A stretch of 64,000 nucleotides of DNA from a virus, in the IMG/VR virus record IMGVR_UViG_3300042691_038416, positions 32,001 through 96,000 of that record. One strand, given 5' to 3'. A program made the translations under genes and the position numbers. Each line of letters begins with the position of its first letter. The stretch's first letter is position 1. The notes beneath the pieces are model-generated. The model ran no database searches. It was not told the origin of the DNA and was given only the letters and a program-made list of their open reading frames with translations. Below, piece by piece: positions 40,144-49,676 of this stretch.

Positions 40144-40689
40144 CTAATCCCACCAATTTTCTATATGTTTATTTAATGTATTAAATAATAAACGTCTTGC
40201 TCGTTCATGATTTTCTCTACCCATATAAAGAGCAATTCGTGATCTATCTGAATTGGAACCCAATTTTGCTACAACGCGTTTATATATTAATGGATACTTT
40301 TTGAAGTAACCATCTAAATTATCTTCAATTACTTCTGAATGCATTGTGTAGTATGGATCACCATTTTCATCTTTGTCTTCAGTTGGAATAAAATCAAATT
40401 TTGTTTCATAGTAATCAAAATATTCTAATCCATACCATTCCTCTTGAACACGTTCAATCAATTTAATACATAATCTCATTCTAGCTACTTCATGTTCATA
40501 ACCAACAAACCACTGTCTTTGCTCAGTGTAGTCAGCTGTATTTTTTATCTTGAATTTAAGAACTTCAAATATAAAGTGATCATCATAGTCTTTATCATTC
40601 CAAATGATTGGGAGCCACCTCCATAAATTCTTAATACGTCCACCTAAATCAAGGAAGAAGTATCTAATGTCAGTATATATCTTTTTCAT
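40144..40689 (-). CDS. hypothetical phage protein
   Basis: WLPIIWND...WWD. Confidence 0.75.
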   Translation of the reverse strand: MKKIYTDIRYFFLDLGGRIKNLWRWLPIIWNDKDYDDHFIFEVLKFKIKNTADYTEQRQWFVGYEHEVARMRLCIKLIERVQEEWYGLEYFDYYETKFDFIPTEDKDENGDPYYTMHSEVIEDNLDGYFKKYPLIYKRVVAKLGSNSDRSRIALYMGRENHERARRLLFNTLNKHIENWWD

Positions 40690-40711
40690 AATCTAAATAT
40701 AAATAAAAAAG

Positions 40712-40739
40712 TAGGCCAGCCCAAATTAAGGCTGGCCTA
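40712..40739 (-). terminator. intrinsic terminator
   Basis: 10-bp stem TAGGCCAGCC/GGCTGGCCTA followed by a T run on the minus strand. Confidence 0.75.
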
Positions 40740-40750
40740 AAATCAACTAA

Positions 40751-41557
40751 TTAACTCAAACAATATTCTATTGCCAACTCATATAATTTACTATTCAACT
40801 CAATATCTTTATTAAAATTCTTAATCTTACGTGCTTTACGTGTTTTGGTTGAGTAACCATACTTGAAATCACCATCAATTACTTTTTCTTGTACTCGGTT
40901 AAACACACTCCACAAATCATTTCCTTCATCTTCCTTACGAGTTGCTTTTACAAACTCGTTATAGTCAATTGTGATACGTTTCATTTCAACCTCACCAAAA
41001 CGAGCCTCAAGAGCATCCTTAGCAAACTTAAGAATCTGCTTATCCGTCAATTGAGTCTGTTTAAATTTATTCATTGACTCAACTGTGAGTGGAAGTTTCT
41101 CAACCATCGCTGTGATTGTCTTCTGTAGCTCACTAAAATCATATCCAAAGTGCCTAATCTTCAAATCAGCAAAATCTTGAGTTGAAATCACCAAACCATT
41201 CTCACATACCAACCTAAACAAACCAGCTCGGAATGTGAAAGCATTTTTACCATCACTACTATTAGTTAACAAAATTTGAGGCCAAACTGTATCACCATCA
41301 CTCCCATTAATAACAATGTCTGGATTTCGAAAAACAATTAAATGTTTTTGATAACCAGCATTGGCTCCTCGAGCGCGAACCTGTTTAGCATCAGTTACTT
41401 TCCATCCCAACACTTCCATGTCCTCAATAATTTTATAAGTTGGAATGTGGGTGTACTTCTCACTTGTATTGTGAGCACCTTTGGTAGCAAAAATAGAATT
41501 TGCTTTTTCTTTAATTTGTTCCTTAGTGAGGAACTCTTGTGATTGAGTGTTTAGCAT
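40751..41557 (-). CDS. DUF932/DUF945-family protein
   Basis: NSSDG..F...G.FRLVC.NG, DLWSVFN..QE. Confidence 0.8.
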   Translation of the reverse strand: MLNTQSQEFLTKEQIKEKANSIFATKGAHNTSEKYTHIPTYKIIEDMEVLGWKVTDAKQVRARGANAGYQKHLIVFRNPDIVINGSDGDTVWPQILLTNSSDGKNAFTFRAGLFRLVCENGLVISTQDFADLKIRHFGYDFSELQKTITAMVEKLPLTVESMNKFKQTQLTDKQILKFAKDALEARFGEVEMKRITIDYNEFVKATRKEDEGNDLWSVFNRVQEKVIDGDFKYGYSTKTRKARKIKNFNKDIELNSKLYELAIEYCLS

Positions 41558-41770
41558 AACCTTTTTTTTAGTTTGAGTTACTTATTTTTTCTTATACACT
41601 AAATATATGAGTAAATTTTCTGTAAGCCAAATTTTTTATTCTTTTTCCTTAAAATATTCTTTTAGTATTTTAGCTTCACGTTCAGTTCTGCTTTCAATAT
41701 TTCGTTTAGAACCAGTTATAACTAAAAATGCTATTAATAAAACATTCAATATTATGGTAGTTACTAGCAT

Positions 41771-41959
41771 TTAACTTAATTTATTTTTCTTATTAAAGTT
41801 AATATAATCATAATCATCTTCCTCAACCACTTGAACAATTTCAACAAAGTCATATTCAGCAATAGCTGCTGCTTCTTCTTCAGCTTCTTGTTTAGTTATA
41901 AATCCTAAATCAGATTTAAACCATTGTCCATGTACATCTTGTATGAGGAATGTATACAT
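41771..41959 (-). CDS. hypothetical protein
   Basis: ATG 41959 preferred because the longer ORF overlaps an RNA element. Confidence 0.6.
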   Translation of the reverse strand: MYTFLIQDVHGQWFKSDLGFITKQEAEEEAAAIAEYDFVEIVQVVEEDDYDYINFNKKNKLS

Positions 41960-41994
41960 GTTGTGTTGTTTATTTATACATATTAACACTTTTG

Positions 41995-42082
41995 CGGTCA
42001 GAACAGGAATCGAACCTGTGTTCTTATTCATCACATGTGTGAATAACTCTTATTAATTGCCTCACCATTCAGCCACCTGACC
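41995..42082 (-). ncRNA. tRNA-like RNA lacking a canonical anticodon arm
   Basis: GGTCAGG/TCTGACC acceptor, GCT-GAATGGTGA-GGC D arm, ACAGG-TTCGATT-CCTGT T arm. Confidence 0.65.
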
Positions 42083-42084
42083 AT

Positions 42085-42299
42085 TTCGCCCAACCGTTTC
42101 CGGCTGTCCCTAATACCGAATAGCATCGCTCAGCGGCAACCCACTTTCGTGAGAGGTTAGGACTTGTGTGTTAACTTACTACTGTTACTGGTACACCAAC
42201 CAACCGACTTAGGCTCAAGTAATCGGCTCAGGTCCCTGTGAGCAATGACCTCACTTCTCATCATGCGGGACACATTAGCTGATTATCAGTCAGCACGTG
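42085..42299 (-). ncRNA. candidate structured ncRNA
   Basis: GC-rich, no long ORF in the track, two GAAA-capped hairpins, TGTCCC/GGGACA long-range complementarity. Confidence 0.55.
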
Positions 42300-42374
42300 T
42301 AGTCCGTACGGGATTCGAACCCGTGATCTCTTCCGTGAAAGGGAAGTGTCCTAAACCAGCTAGACGAACGGACC
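42300..42374 (-). tRNA. tRNA-Glu(TTC)
   Basis: CTTCC-CTTTCAC-GGAAG anticodon arm; full cloverleaf. Confidence 0.93.
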
Positions 42375-42381
42375 ATGTTTA

Positions 42382-42675
42382 TTAAACTAAAAACTCAACT
42401 TCAATTTCCTCAGATATCTTATTCATAATTTCATCAGCCCATTGATATGAGTCTAATGGAACAAATCTATCTGATTTATATCCCATTTCACGACCTAATC
42501 GTTCTGAGTATGGTGAGATAATTTCATCAAGAGCGATAGCGGAACCATCATTAGATAGTATTTCTCTAATTGTATATGTCTCACCTACTTTTAATTTACT
42601 TAATGCTTCAATGGTTTCAGGTCGATTATCTTTAGGTGTATTATTGATACAAACTACTTTTTGTCCTACATCCAT
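42382..42675 (-). CDS. hypothetical protein
   Basis: VGQKVVCI..L.VGETYTI. Confidence 0.7.
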   Translation of the reverse strand: MDVGQKVVCINNTPKDNRPETIEALSKLKVGETYTIREILSNDGSAIALDEIISPYSERLGREMGYKSDRFVPLDSYQWADEIMNKISEEIEVEFLV

Positions 42676-42869
42676 TACTTATCTTCTCCTTTATAAGGTT
42701 CTGTTTCAATTGTTTTAGGTAAAGGTAAACCATATATTTTTATCAATTTAACATATGTTTCATCTCCCTTTCTACACTCAACCCACAATCCATTTTCTTT
42801 ACCATTTGTGGTGAGTGGAATAATAATCAATTCTTCTTTAAATAAATTCTTAAACCAATTAATAATCAT
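42675..42869 (-). CDS. hypothetical protein
   Basis: ORF. Confidence 0.55.
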   Translation of the reverse strand: MIINWFKNLFKEELIIIPLTTNGKENGLWVECRKGDETYVKLIKIYGLPLPKTIETEPYKGEDK

Positions 42870-43170
42870 ATGCTTCCCAACTTGTGAGTTCAAATACTAA
42901 TCTTAATTCAATAACTTCTTTTGTTTCTTCATCTACAGTTGCTGTTGCTCGAAATCCACCTGTAGCGTTTATATAATTTGATTTTTCTTTTACAGCACCA
43001 TCATAAGCACCATGAAGTAAATCCATTGCACATTTAAATAATGCTCCGGTAGTGGGTACTTCACCTTCACTAGTAGCCCATGTCCAGTTTAGTAATGTCA
43101 TGGCTTTATGAACTTTTCCCCAATTAAAGTTCTCAATAATACTATCAATTGCTTTTTCTTTATTTAACAT
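42859..43170 (-). CDS. hypothetical protein
   Basis: ATG 43170 after promoter motif. Confidence 0.7.
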   Translation of the reverse strand: MLNKEKAIDSIIENFNWGKVHKAMTLLNWTWATSEGEVPTTGALFKCAMDLLHGAYDGAVKEKSNYINATGGFRATATVDEETKEVIELRLVFELTSWEAYDY

Positions 43171-43392
43171 AACCTTTTTATTGAATATAAATTTAAAAAC
43201 TTTATAAGCCAAATTATACTGTTTCTTCCCAAACTCCAATAAATTCAGAGATAAGTAATACAATTGAAGCCAATATCATATCATATGGTAGGAGAATATA
43301 TCCTATCATTCTAATAAATGATTTGGTAAAACTAAGCATTTTGTGTTTTTTAGGATCTGGATGATTCATCTTCTTTATATTTTAATTGTTAG

Positions 43393-43466
43393 TAGTCCCG
43401 ACGAGGATCGAACTCATAACCTACTGCTTAGAAGGCAGTTGCTCTATCCAATTGAGCTACGGGACC
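43393..43466 (-). tRNA. tRNA-Arg(TCT)
   Basis: ACTGC-CTTCTAA-GCAGT; canonical D and T arms. Confidence 0.93.
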
Positions 43467-43561
43467 ATATTTTAACAGTATGGACATTCATATCCTCGTT
43501 CTCTAACATCATAATATTTTTGACACTTAGAACATTTTTTCCACACTTCATGATTAAATAG

Positions 43562-43638
43562 TACTCCCGGAGGGACTTGAACCCACGTGTAACCAACTAC
43601 CCTTTCTACATGGTATAAGCATGAGGGGATACGGGAGC
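43562..43638 (-). ncRNA. rearranged tRNA-like RNA with TAT (Ile) anticodon-like loop
   Basis: GCTCCCG/CGGGAGT acceptor; CATG-CTTATAC-CATG arm precedes D-loop-like AGTTGGTTA; GGTTCAAGTCC T arm. Confidence 0.7.
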
Positions 43639-43644
43639 GTGAAT

Positions 43645-43902
43645 TCATATTGTTATTGTTACTTTATTATCTTTAAAACTAATTTCTTTTATTACTCTTA
43701 TTTTACCATCCATGAAATATCTTCCCACATCCATTCCTACTCTAATAAATGGACCACCTGATGGATCAACAAACTCAATAACTCCATCTAGATTTGTTCC
43801 TACTCTATAATAATCACCTCCTATCATTTCTATTTGATTATCACTAATCTGTTTAAAAATAATATCATCTCCGTAGCGGTTAATATAACTTGCGGTCTTC
43901 AT
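43645..43902 (-). CDS. hypothetical protein
   Basis: NRYGD...FVDPSGGPFI.VG. Confidence 0.7.
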   Translation of the reverse strand: MKTASYINRYGDDIIFKQISDNQIEMIGGDYYRVGTNLDGVIEFVDPSGGPFIRVGMDVGRYFMDGKIRVIKEISFKDNKVTITI

Positions 43903-44092
43903 TTTGAGTTCGATTTCTTAGGATTGATTCTAGTATGATTTTTTTGTTTGCTTCATCTCTTGCTTCTCTTTCAAGTTGGGAATTTTTACTTTTGAGCAGA
44001 TTAATTTCTTGCTCTAGCTTAGTATTCTTCTTTTCCAGTTTAATATAAGCTATAGATATTCCTATTAATAAAAGTATAAGAGAAACAATCAT
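43880..44092 (-). CDS. membrane-anchored coiled-coil protein
   Basis: N-terminal transmembrane segment. Confidence 0.6.
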   Translation of the reverse strand: MIVSLILLLIGISIAYIKLEKKNTKLEQEINLLKSKNSQLEREARDEANKKIILESILRNRTQNEDRKLY

Positions 44093-44117
44093 GTGTTTGA
44101 TTTTTTTCACTGGTGAA

Positions 44118-44133
44118 AGGGGCCGTAGCCCCT
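44118..44133 (-). terminator. hairpin terminator
   Basis: AGGGGC/GCCCCT stem downstream of 44162..44389. Confidence 0.55.
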
Positions 44134-44161
44134 AAAAACACCAAAGAAAAATTATTGAAAA

Positions 44162-44389
44162 TTAAGCGGTTTGCTTAACACGACGACGTGAAACATAATA
44201 CATTGCATTAGCAATATCATCATTAATACGACGACGACGAGCTTTCACATTTGAGATGTGAGACTCAGAGTAACCAGTTTCAGCAGCGATGCGCTGGTTG
44301 TCACCACGGCGTTCACGTGCCATGTAGAATGCTAAAATTGCTGTGCGGTTCATACGACGCTTCAGAGATTTCATTTTACTTTTTTTCAT
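44162..44389 (-). CDS. Arg-rich HTH DNA-binding protein
   Basis: RIAAETGYSESHISNV helix-turn-helix pattern. Confidence 0.65.
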   Translation of the reverse strand: MKKSKMKSLKRRMNRTAILAFYMARERRGDNQRIAAETGYSESHISNVKARRRRINDDIANAMYYVSRRRVKQTA

Positions 44390-44692
44390 AACGTTTTTTT
44401 TTGTTTTTAATTTTTAAATTTATATTATTAATATATGTTAAAAGATTTTGGAAGCCAAACTTTTTAACTTCTCTTTTATTTAATCCATTCTTCATAACCC
44501 ATAACTATAGCCTCCACAATTGATAATTGAGGATTTTCTTTCATACTCTTAAGGGCGAATGTGACTACTTCTGCTTCTAATCCATAACCAGAGGCATTTT
44601 TAATTGCGTTTCCTATAATTTTAAGTTCTTCTAATTCCATAACTTTTTTATTATATAATAAATATAAGTTAAAGAATTTAGGAAGCCAAATT

Positions 44693-47014
44693 TTATGGAT
44701 ATAGGTAAGAGGACATTATCTTATAATCTTCACTACCAAAATGTACTAAAATGACAGAAGCCTCATTTGCTAAAGTTATACTACTATTATTATCAATTGT
44801 TCCTCCACTTGGAGCATTTACAGAATAACTAGATCCTCCACCAGTGTTTTTTATCATAAAAACTTTTCCTGTCTCATATCCTGTAGCCATATTAAGATCA
44901 GTTTTTATTTCTATAGCGCAAAATCTATTATCTATATTATCTGTGGCTGTGGCTACACTTAAACCAGGAACAGTTAATGATCTAACACCATCATCATATG
45001 TAAAATTAGTATGACCTGTAAAATTATCACTATTCCCAGCATATTGAACTCGACCTGGAGAACCTCCACTACCGTTATTAGGTTTATAAAATATTGTTGT
45101 GGTACCTGCTCCATCATCTGATCCTGAGTAATTGCTACCAGAAAATTTTAAAACAACAGAATTTGAATATGATGTGGCATTAACTTGTAAATCTTTAAGA
45201 GTTCCACCTCCACCGCCACCACCACCTCCAAAAGCACTAGAGGCAGTATAATATAATTGACCTGTAGTGGTATTGATAGTGACCACATTAGATTGGTTAG
45301 TGGTAGTTAACATTGGGAAAAATACACTACCAGAAGAATTTAAACTACCTGTGACACTTAATATACTACCATTAAATCTAAAATTAGACTCACCATTTAT
45401 TGTATTAGCAGTTCCTGTGGCTGTAAGAATATAATTATCAAAATTATTATTTATAGTTACTCCACTTCCTCCACCAAACGCACTTGATGCTGTATAATAT
45501 AATTGTCCGGTTGCTGTATTAATTGTGACTACATTAGATTGATTAGTAGTGGTTAACTCAGGAAAATAAATGGCTCCTGAGGAAAACATTCGTGTAGTAC
45601 TAACTCCAAGCATATCAGCTCTAGTACCAGCGTTAGCCCCTTTACCTATAACAAATACATCTGTTGTGTTATTTTGTTTGTTATAATAACCTATAGCTGT
45701 TTGAGCTGAACCTGACGCTATAGTTCCTACACCTGAGGCATGAGAAAAATTTCCAAACGCTGTTGTTTCTGATCCTTCAGCATGTGAGGCTGTTCCTATA
45801 GCATTTGTAACTGATCCCTCAGCATGTGAGTATACTCCTGATGCTGTTGTGACATTTCCTTCTGAGTGAGCATATACTCCTAGTGCTGTAGTACTATATC
45901 CTTCAGCATGTGATGAGGCTCCTGATGCAAAAGTTAACTGACCTTCAGCGTGTGAATATAAACCAGCAGCAGTAGTATTAATTCCTTGAGCTAAACTTTT
46001 AGATTCATATTGGAAAAGAAAACTAGCATCTCCTTCAAAAGTACTAGCTGAATTAAACTGTACTGAATATTCTACACCACCCGGATTTGTACTTCCTCCT
46101 CCACCAAATGCGCTTGATGCTGTATAATATAGTTGTCCTGTAGTTGTGTTAATAGTTACAACATTTGACTGATTTGTTGTTGTTAACCCTGGAAGAAAAA
46201 CATTTCCTGAGGCAAATGTTCTAGTTGAACTTACTCCAAAAGCATCTGCTCTTGATCCTATACCTGCTCCATTACCAACTGTAAATAAATCAGTTGTATT
46301 ACCTTGTGTGTTATATTGGCCTACTACAGTTTGCGCTGCTCCAGAAGCTACTGTATTTTGACCTAAAGCTGTTGAAGCTTCTCCTTTAGCAACAGTACCA
46401 GCATTAGCAGCAAATGAGTAGTTTCCTGATGCGTGCGCACTTAAATTAAATGCTGCTGTTTGGGTTCCAGAAGCAGTACTATTATATCCAAAAGCAATTG
46501 ATCTATTTCCACTTACTAATGAATATCCTCCTCCAACAAATCCACCATCCCCATCAATAGTGATAATATTATTATCACCCATAGCTAAAGCTGAGTTCCC
46601 AGAAACATTATTATTTTGTCCAAATGCTACTGAGCTATCACTTCCTGATATATTTAAATTATAACCAACAGCTATTGAGTTGATTGCATTCACTACAGGA
46701 GGTGCTCCGCCACCTGATGATCCTAAAGATAAACTTCTAGATTCATACTGATAAAGAAAATTATCATCACCTTCTAAAACACTAGCTGAGTTAAATTGAA
46801 CAGAATATTCTACTCCGCCAGGAGGTGTTCCTCCTCCTCCAAGAGCAGTTGAAGCTGTGATAAATACTCGTCCACTGCTACTTATTATTAGTACATCAGA
46901 TACAGTTGTTGGTGGTGTTGTTAGTGTTGTGAAATCTACACTACCTGAAACAAGTAAACTACTTGATACTTTTAGATCTTTAAAACTACCTGATCGAGCT
47001 ACAAATGTTGGCAT
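44693..47014 (-). CDS. tail fibre / adhesin-like protein with YadA-head-like repeats
   Basis: 14-aa SHAEG repeats, three LTTTNQSNVVTINT.TGQLYYTASSAFGGG modules. Confidence 0.75.
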   Translation of the reverse strand: MPTFVARSGSFKDLKVSSSLLVSGSVDFTTLTTPPTTVSDVLIISSSGRVFITASTALGGGGTPPGGVEYSVQFNSASVLEGDDNFLYQYESRSLSLGSSGGGAPPVVNAINSIAVGYNLNISGSDSSVAFGQNNNVSGNSALAMGDNNIITIDGDGGFVGGGYSLVSGNRSIAFGYNSTASGTQTAAFNLSAHASGNYSFAANAGTVAKGEASTALGQNTVASGAAQTVVGQYNTQGNTTDLFTVGNGAGIGSRADAFGVSSTRTFASGNVFLPGLTTTNQSNVVTINTTTGQLYYTASSAFGGGGSTNPGGVEYSVQFNSASTFEGDASFLFQYESKSLAQGINTTAAGLYSHAEGQLTFASGASSHAEGYSTTALGVYAHSEGNVTTASGVYSHAEGSVTNAIGTASHAEGSETTAFGNFSHASGVGTIASGSAQTAIGYYNKQNNTTDVFVIGKGANAGTRADMLGVSTTRMFSSGAIYFPELTTTNQSNVVTINTATGQLYYTASSAFGGGSGVTINNNFDNYILTATGTANTINGESNFRFNGSILSVTGSLNSSGSVFFPMLTTTNQSNVVTINTTTGQLYYTASSAFGGGGGGGGGTLKDLQVNATSYSNSVVLKFSGSNYSGSDDGAGTTTIFYKPNNGSGGSPGRVQYAGNSDNFTGHTNFTYDDGVRSLTVPGLSVATATDNIDNRFCAIEIKTDLNMATGYETGKVFMIKNTGGGSSYSVNAPSGGTIDNNSSITLANEASVILVHFGSEDYKIMSSYLYP

Positions 47015-47015
47015 A

Positions 47016-48821
47016 TTAGTTATTGTATGGTGTTGCTATCCAGTAAACATTACCGGTTAATGCGTCTGTTGAGTTTGAGTTAATTGTGAATGCATTCGCT
47101 ACTTTCCCTTCTATTGTCCATGACCTAGCATCTTCACCAGTGACTGTTATAGCATAATTAGTATTAGGATATACTACTGAGAAATTAACTGTTGCTTGAT
47201 AATTATCTACTCCACCTGGCTGTGTGAATGAACCAGGTGCTACTTCTCCTGCTTTTAATGTTGGTATATAAGAAGCTGTAGGAGCATATGAGGCAGACAC
47301 AGCATATGAACTTGATAAAGCATATGAACTACTTAAAGCATATGAACTACTCAAAGCATAAGATGAACTAACAGCGTGACTAGCTGTCCCAATTAATTGA
47401 CCAGTTAATGATCCAGTATATGAACCTGTAAAACTAGTTGCTGAGATTGAGGTGAGTCCTGTTATAGTAGAAGCTAATGTTAAACTATCACTAGATTCTA
47501 CAGCTAAATTAGTACCAGCTAAATCAGTTAATAAATCAGAGTAAATAATATATTTATTGGCTCCATCATTTACAAATACTTTATCTGATGAAGCTAAGTT
47601 AGTTGTAGCTACAGTTGGGAATACTGGTGTTGCTGTTACATTTGTTAATCCGGCTCCATTTCCAGTAAATGATCCACTAAATGAACCTGTTAAACTTGAA
47701 TTAGCTCCAGTTAACTGAATTGATGTATTACCTGTTATTGTAGTGCCATTATCTGTTAGACTAGAATTAGCAAATGCAGTTCCAGTCCATTTAGTTATAA
47801 CATCAGTTGTTAAAGCTGAGGCTCCACTCACAGCTACAGTTTGAGCTGATCCTCCATTATATGAGAATGCAGTTATACCTGTACCTTGAGATAAGGAACT
47901 CCCTACAGATCCAGCACCTGGAGCATATGAGGCTGATACAGCATATGAACTAGACAGAGCATATGATGAACTTAAGGCATAGCTAGAACTTATAGCCACA
48001 CTAGCACTTTCTGCCCAACTTGCTGTTCCTGTTAATGTTCCTATAAATGAACCACTAAATGAACCTGTGTTAAAAACAATATCAAAAGTAGATCCATCTC
48101 CTTTAGTAAATGTAATAGTTCCATTAGCTATAGAAGCTGTTATAAGTGAGTTATTAGAAGTAAGAGCAGTGGATGAAGTATAAAATACTTGTTTTGAAGA
48201 ACTATCAAATACTAAAACACTAGGTTTGCTAGCTACTTGTGTTAAACCAGGTAAATATAAAGAATTTGAGACATATGTAGCTGTAGAATTTACTCCAAAA
48301 GCATCTGCTCTAGTTGTTATACTTCCACTTCCAATAATAAATAAATCTGTTGTATTACCACTTTTATTATAAGTACCTATTGCTACTTGTCCATTACCTG
48401 CCGCTATTGTTCCTTCACCTGCCGCAAATGAGTAATCACCTGATGCCACAGTACTTGAACCTATTGATTTAGCATAATCACCTGATGCTTGTGTGCTATT
48501 TCCTTCAGCATGTGAATGATTTCCACTAGCTATATTTGATAAACCTTCAGCGTGAGCGTAATCACCTGACGCGGTTGTACCTTTTCCTTCAGCATGTGAG
48601 TATAAACCTGACGCGTCTGAGCCACTTCCGTGGGCAAATGATGTTGAACCATCAGTTGAATTAATTAAATTACCTTGAATAAGATCAGCATCTATAATAA
48701 TAGTATTTTGAGCAGTCCCATTTAAAGCATTAATTATTCTAGCGACGTGTTCCGCCTGAACTATCTGTCCAGTAACAATAGGATTGGGTGAAGCTCCTGA
48801 GCCGGTATTTAATGTAGCCAT
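47016..48821 (-). CDS. tail fibre-like protein
   Basis: SHAEG repeats, SSSYAL hexapeptide repeats, C-terminal beta domain. Confidence 0.75.
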   Translation of the reverse strand: MATLNTGSGASPNPIVTGQIVQAEHVARIINALNGTAQNTIIIDADLIQGNLINSTDGSTSFAHGSGSDASGLYSHAEGKGTTASGDYAHAEGLSNIASGNHSHAEGNSTQASGDYAKSIGSSTVASGDYSFAAGEGTIAAGNGQVAIGTYNKSGNTTDLFIIGSGSITTRADAFGVNSTATYVSNSLYLPGLTQVASKPSVLVFDSSSKQVFYTSSTALTSNNSLITASIANGTITFTKGDGSTFDIVFNTGSFSGSFIGTLTGTASWAESASVAISSSYALSSSYALSSSYAVSASYAPGAGSVGSSLSQGTGITAFSYNGGSAQTVAVSGASALTTDVITKWTGTAFANSSLTDNGTTITGNTSIQLTGANSSLTGSFSGSFTGNGAGLTNVTATPVFPTVATTNLASSDKVFVNDGANKYIIYSDLLTDLAGTNLAVESSDSLTLASTITGLTSISATSFTGSYTGSLTGQLIGTASHAVSSSYALSSSYALSSSYALSSSYAVSASYAPTASYIPTLKAGEVAPGSFTQPGGVDNYQATVNFSVVYPNTNYAITVTGEDARSWTIEGKVANAFTINSNSTDALTGNVYWIATPYNN

Positions 48822-48870
48822 TTATGAATCTAGATTTTGTTATAAATATTTACAAAACCTAGAAACACCC

Positions 48871-49455
48871 TTAATTCTCGAATATATTTTTTAGTTTTTC
48901 AGTTTCAATAATACGTTGAAGTCTACTAACATATAAACTATCTTCAGCATATCTTTCTCCAAGTTTTCTAAAATATTCAGATTCATTAGAAACATTACAC
49001 ATTACAGAACTTTGATACATAGCGTAATCATATACACAATCCACCCAGTCTCTATAAGACGCATATGTATTTTTTTCACCTTGAGCTGAGGTGACACGTT
49101 GGCGTGCTTTACGCATACCGAACATATTATTATTTTGTTTAAATACTTTACTAGTGAAATTTCCTGATTCTAGTTTAGCCTGAGCTAGCACAATATGTGG
49201 GTATTTCACATTACAGCTCTCTAATAGTTTTATTAATGCTTTTTCACTGAAAGGTACAGATGGTATAGTAATTGTATCTGTTGTTTTTCGATGGATTATC
49301 CTACTAATTGCTTTATTAGAGGAAGCATATCCCAAACCAAACACTAATACTATAAGTGTGAGAAATCCAATTATTGGAGTTCTAAACTTAACAGGTACAT
49401 AGACCAGTTTTTCTTTATTAAAATAAAATAGTTTCATATTTTTATTGATTTTCAT
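48871..49455 (-). CDS. GH73 glucosaminidase (peptidoglycan hydrolase) with N-terminal membrane anchor
   Basis: LAQAKLESG, NNMFGM, YAED..Y. Confidence 0.8.
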   Translation of the reverse strand: MKINKNMKLFYFNKEKLVYVPVKFRTPIIGFLTLIVLVFGLGYASSNKAISRIIHRKTTDTITIPSVPFSEKALIKLLESCNVKYPHIVLAQAKLESGNFTSKVFKQNNNMFGMRKARQRVTSAQGEKNTYASYRDWVDCVYDYAMYQSSVMCNVSNESEYFRKLGERYAEDSLYVSRLQRIIETEKLKNIFEN

Positions 49456-49650
49456 TATCGATTTCTTCTCGTTGAATTGAAATAATAATAATTACCATCA
49501 CATGAAAAAGACTTACTAATAATTGATGATTAGTAGGTTCAGGAACCGCAAATAAGGTATGAAGTAATGATACTAATGATACTAGATATATAATTCCTAC
49601 TATAAACCTTTTCATAACCTTTTATTTTATTTAAGCTAAATATATTGAAA

Positions 49651-49672
49651 AAGGCTCGGTAATCCGAGCCTT
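49651..49672 (-). terminator. terminator hairpin fused to promoter
   Basis: AAGGCTCGG/CCGAGCCTT; near-identical at 53220 and 54324. Confidence 0.7.
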
Positions 49673-49676
49673 CCTT

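Larger units (their letters stand above)
25222..44690 (-). promoter_or_regulatory. region containing a dispersed promoter motif T(T/A)GG(C/A)-N16-C(A/T)TATATTT
   Basis: Recurs just upstream of starts, e.g. 25222, 27373, 29951, 30916, 31184, 32242, 33018, 34242, 36847, 37719, 38261, 41602, 44430, 44661; also at 5524 and 58015 outside this span. Confidence 0.8.

Noticed and set aside
42085-42299. RNase P, tmRNA, hammerhead or group I intron identity
   Set aside because: No GAGGAAAGTCC, no alanine acceptor with G3:U70 or tag ORF; ATGATGA is not the CTGANGA core; no P7 elements recognised
25222-44690. Repeated intergenic motif as a CRISPR array or attC sites
   Set aside because: Degenerate, non-palindromic, gene-length spacing and a fixed position before starts; no cas or integrase gene seen
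44693-48821. Diversity-generating retroelement target
   Set aside because: Repeats are in-frame protein modules with synonymous differences; no reverse transcriptase in the window
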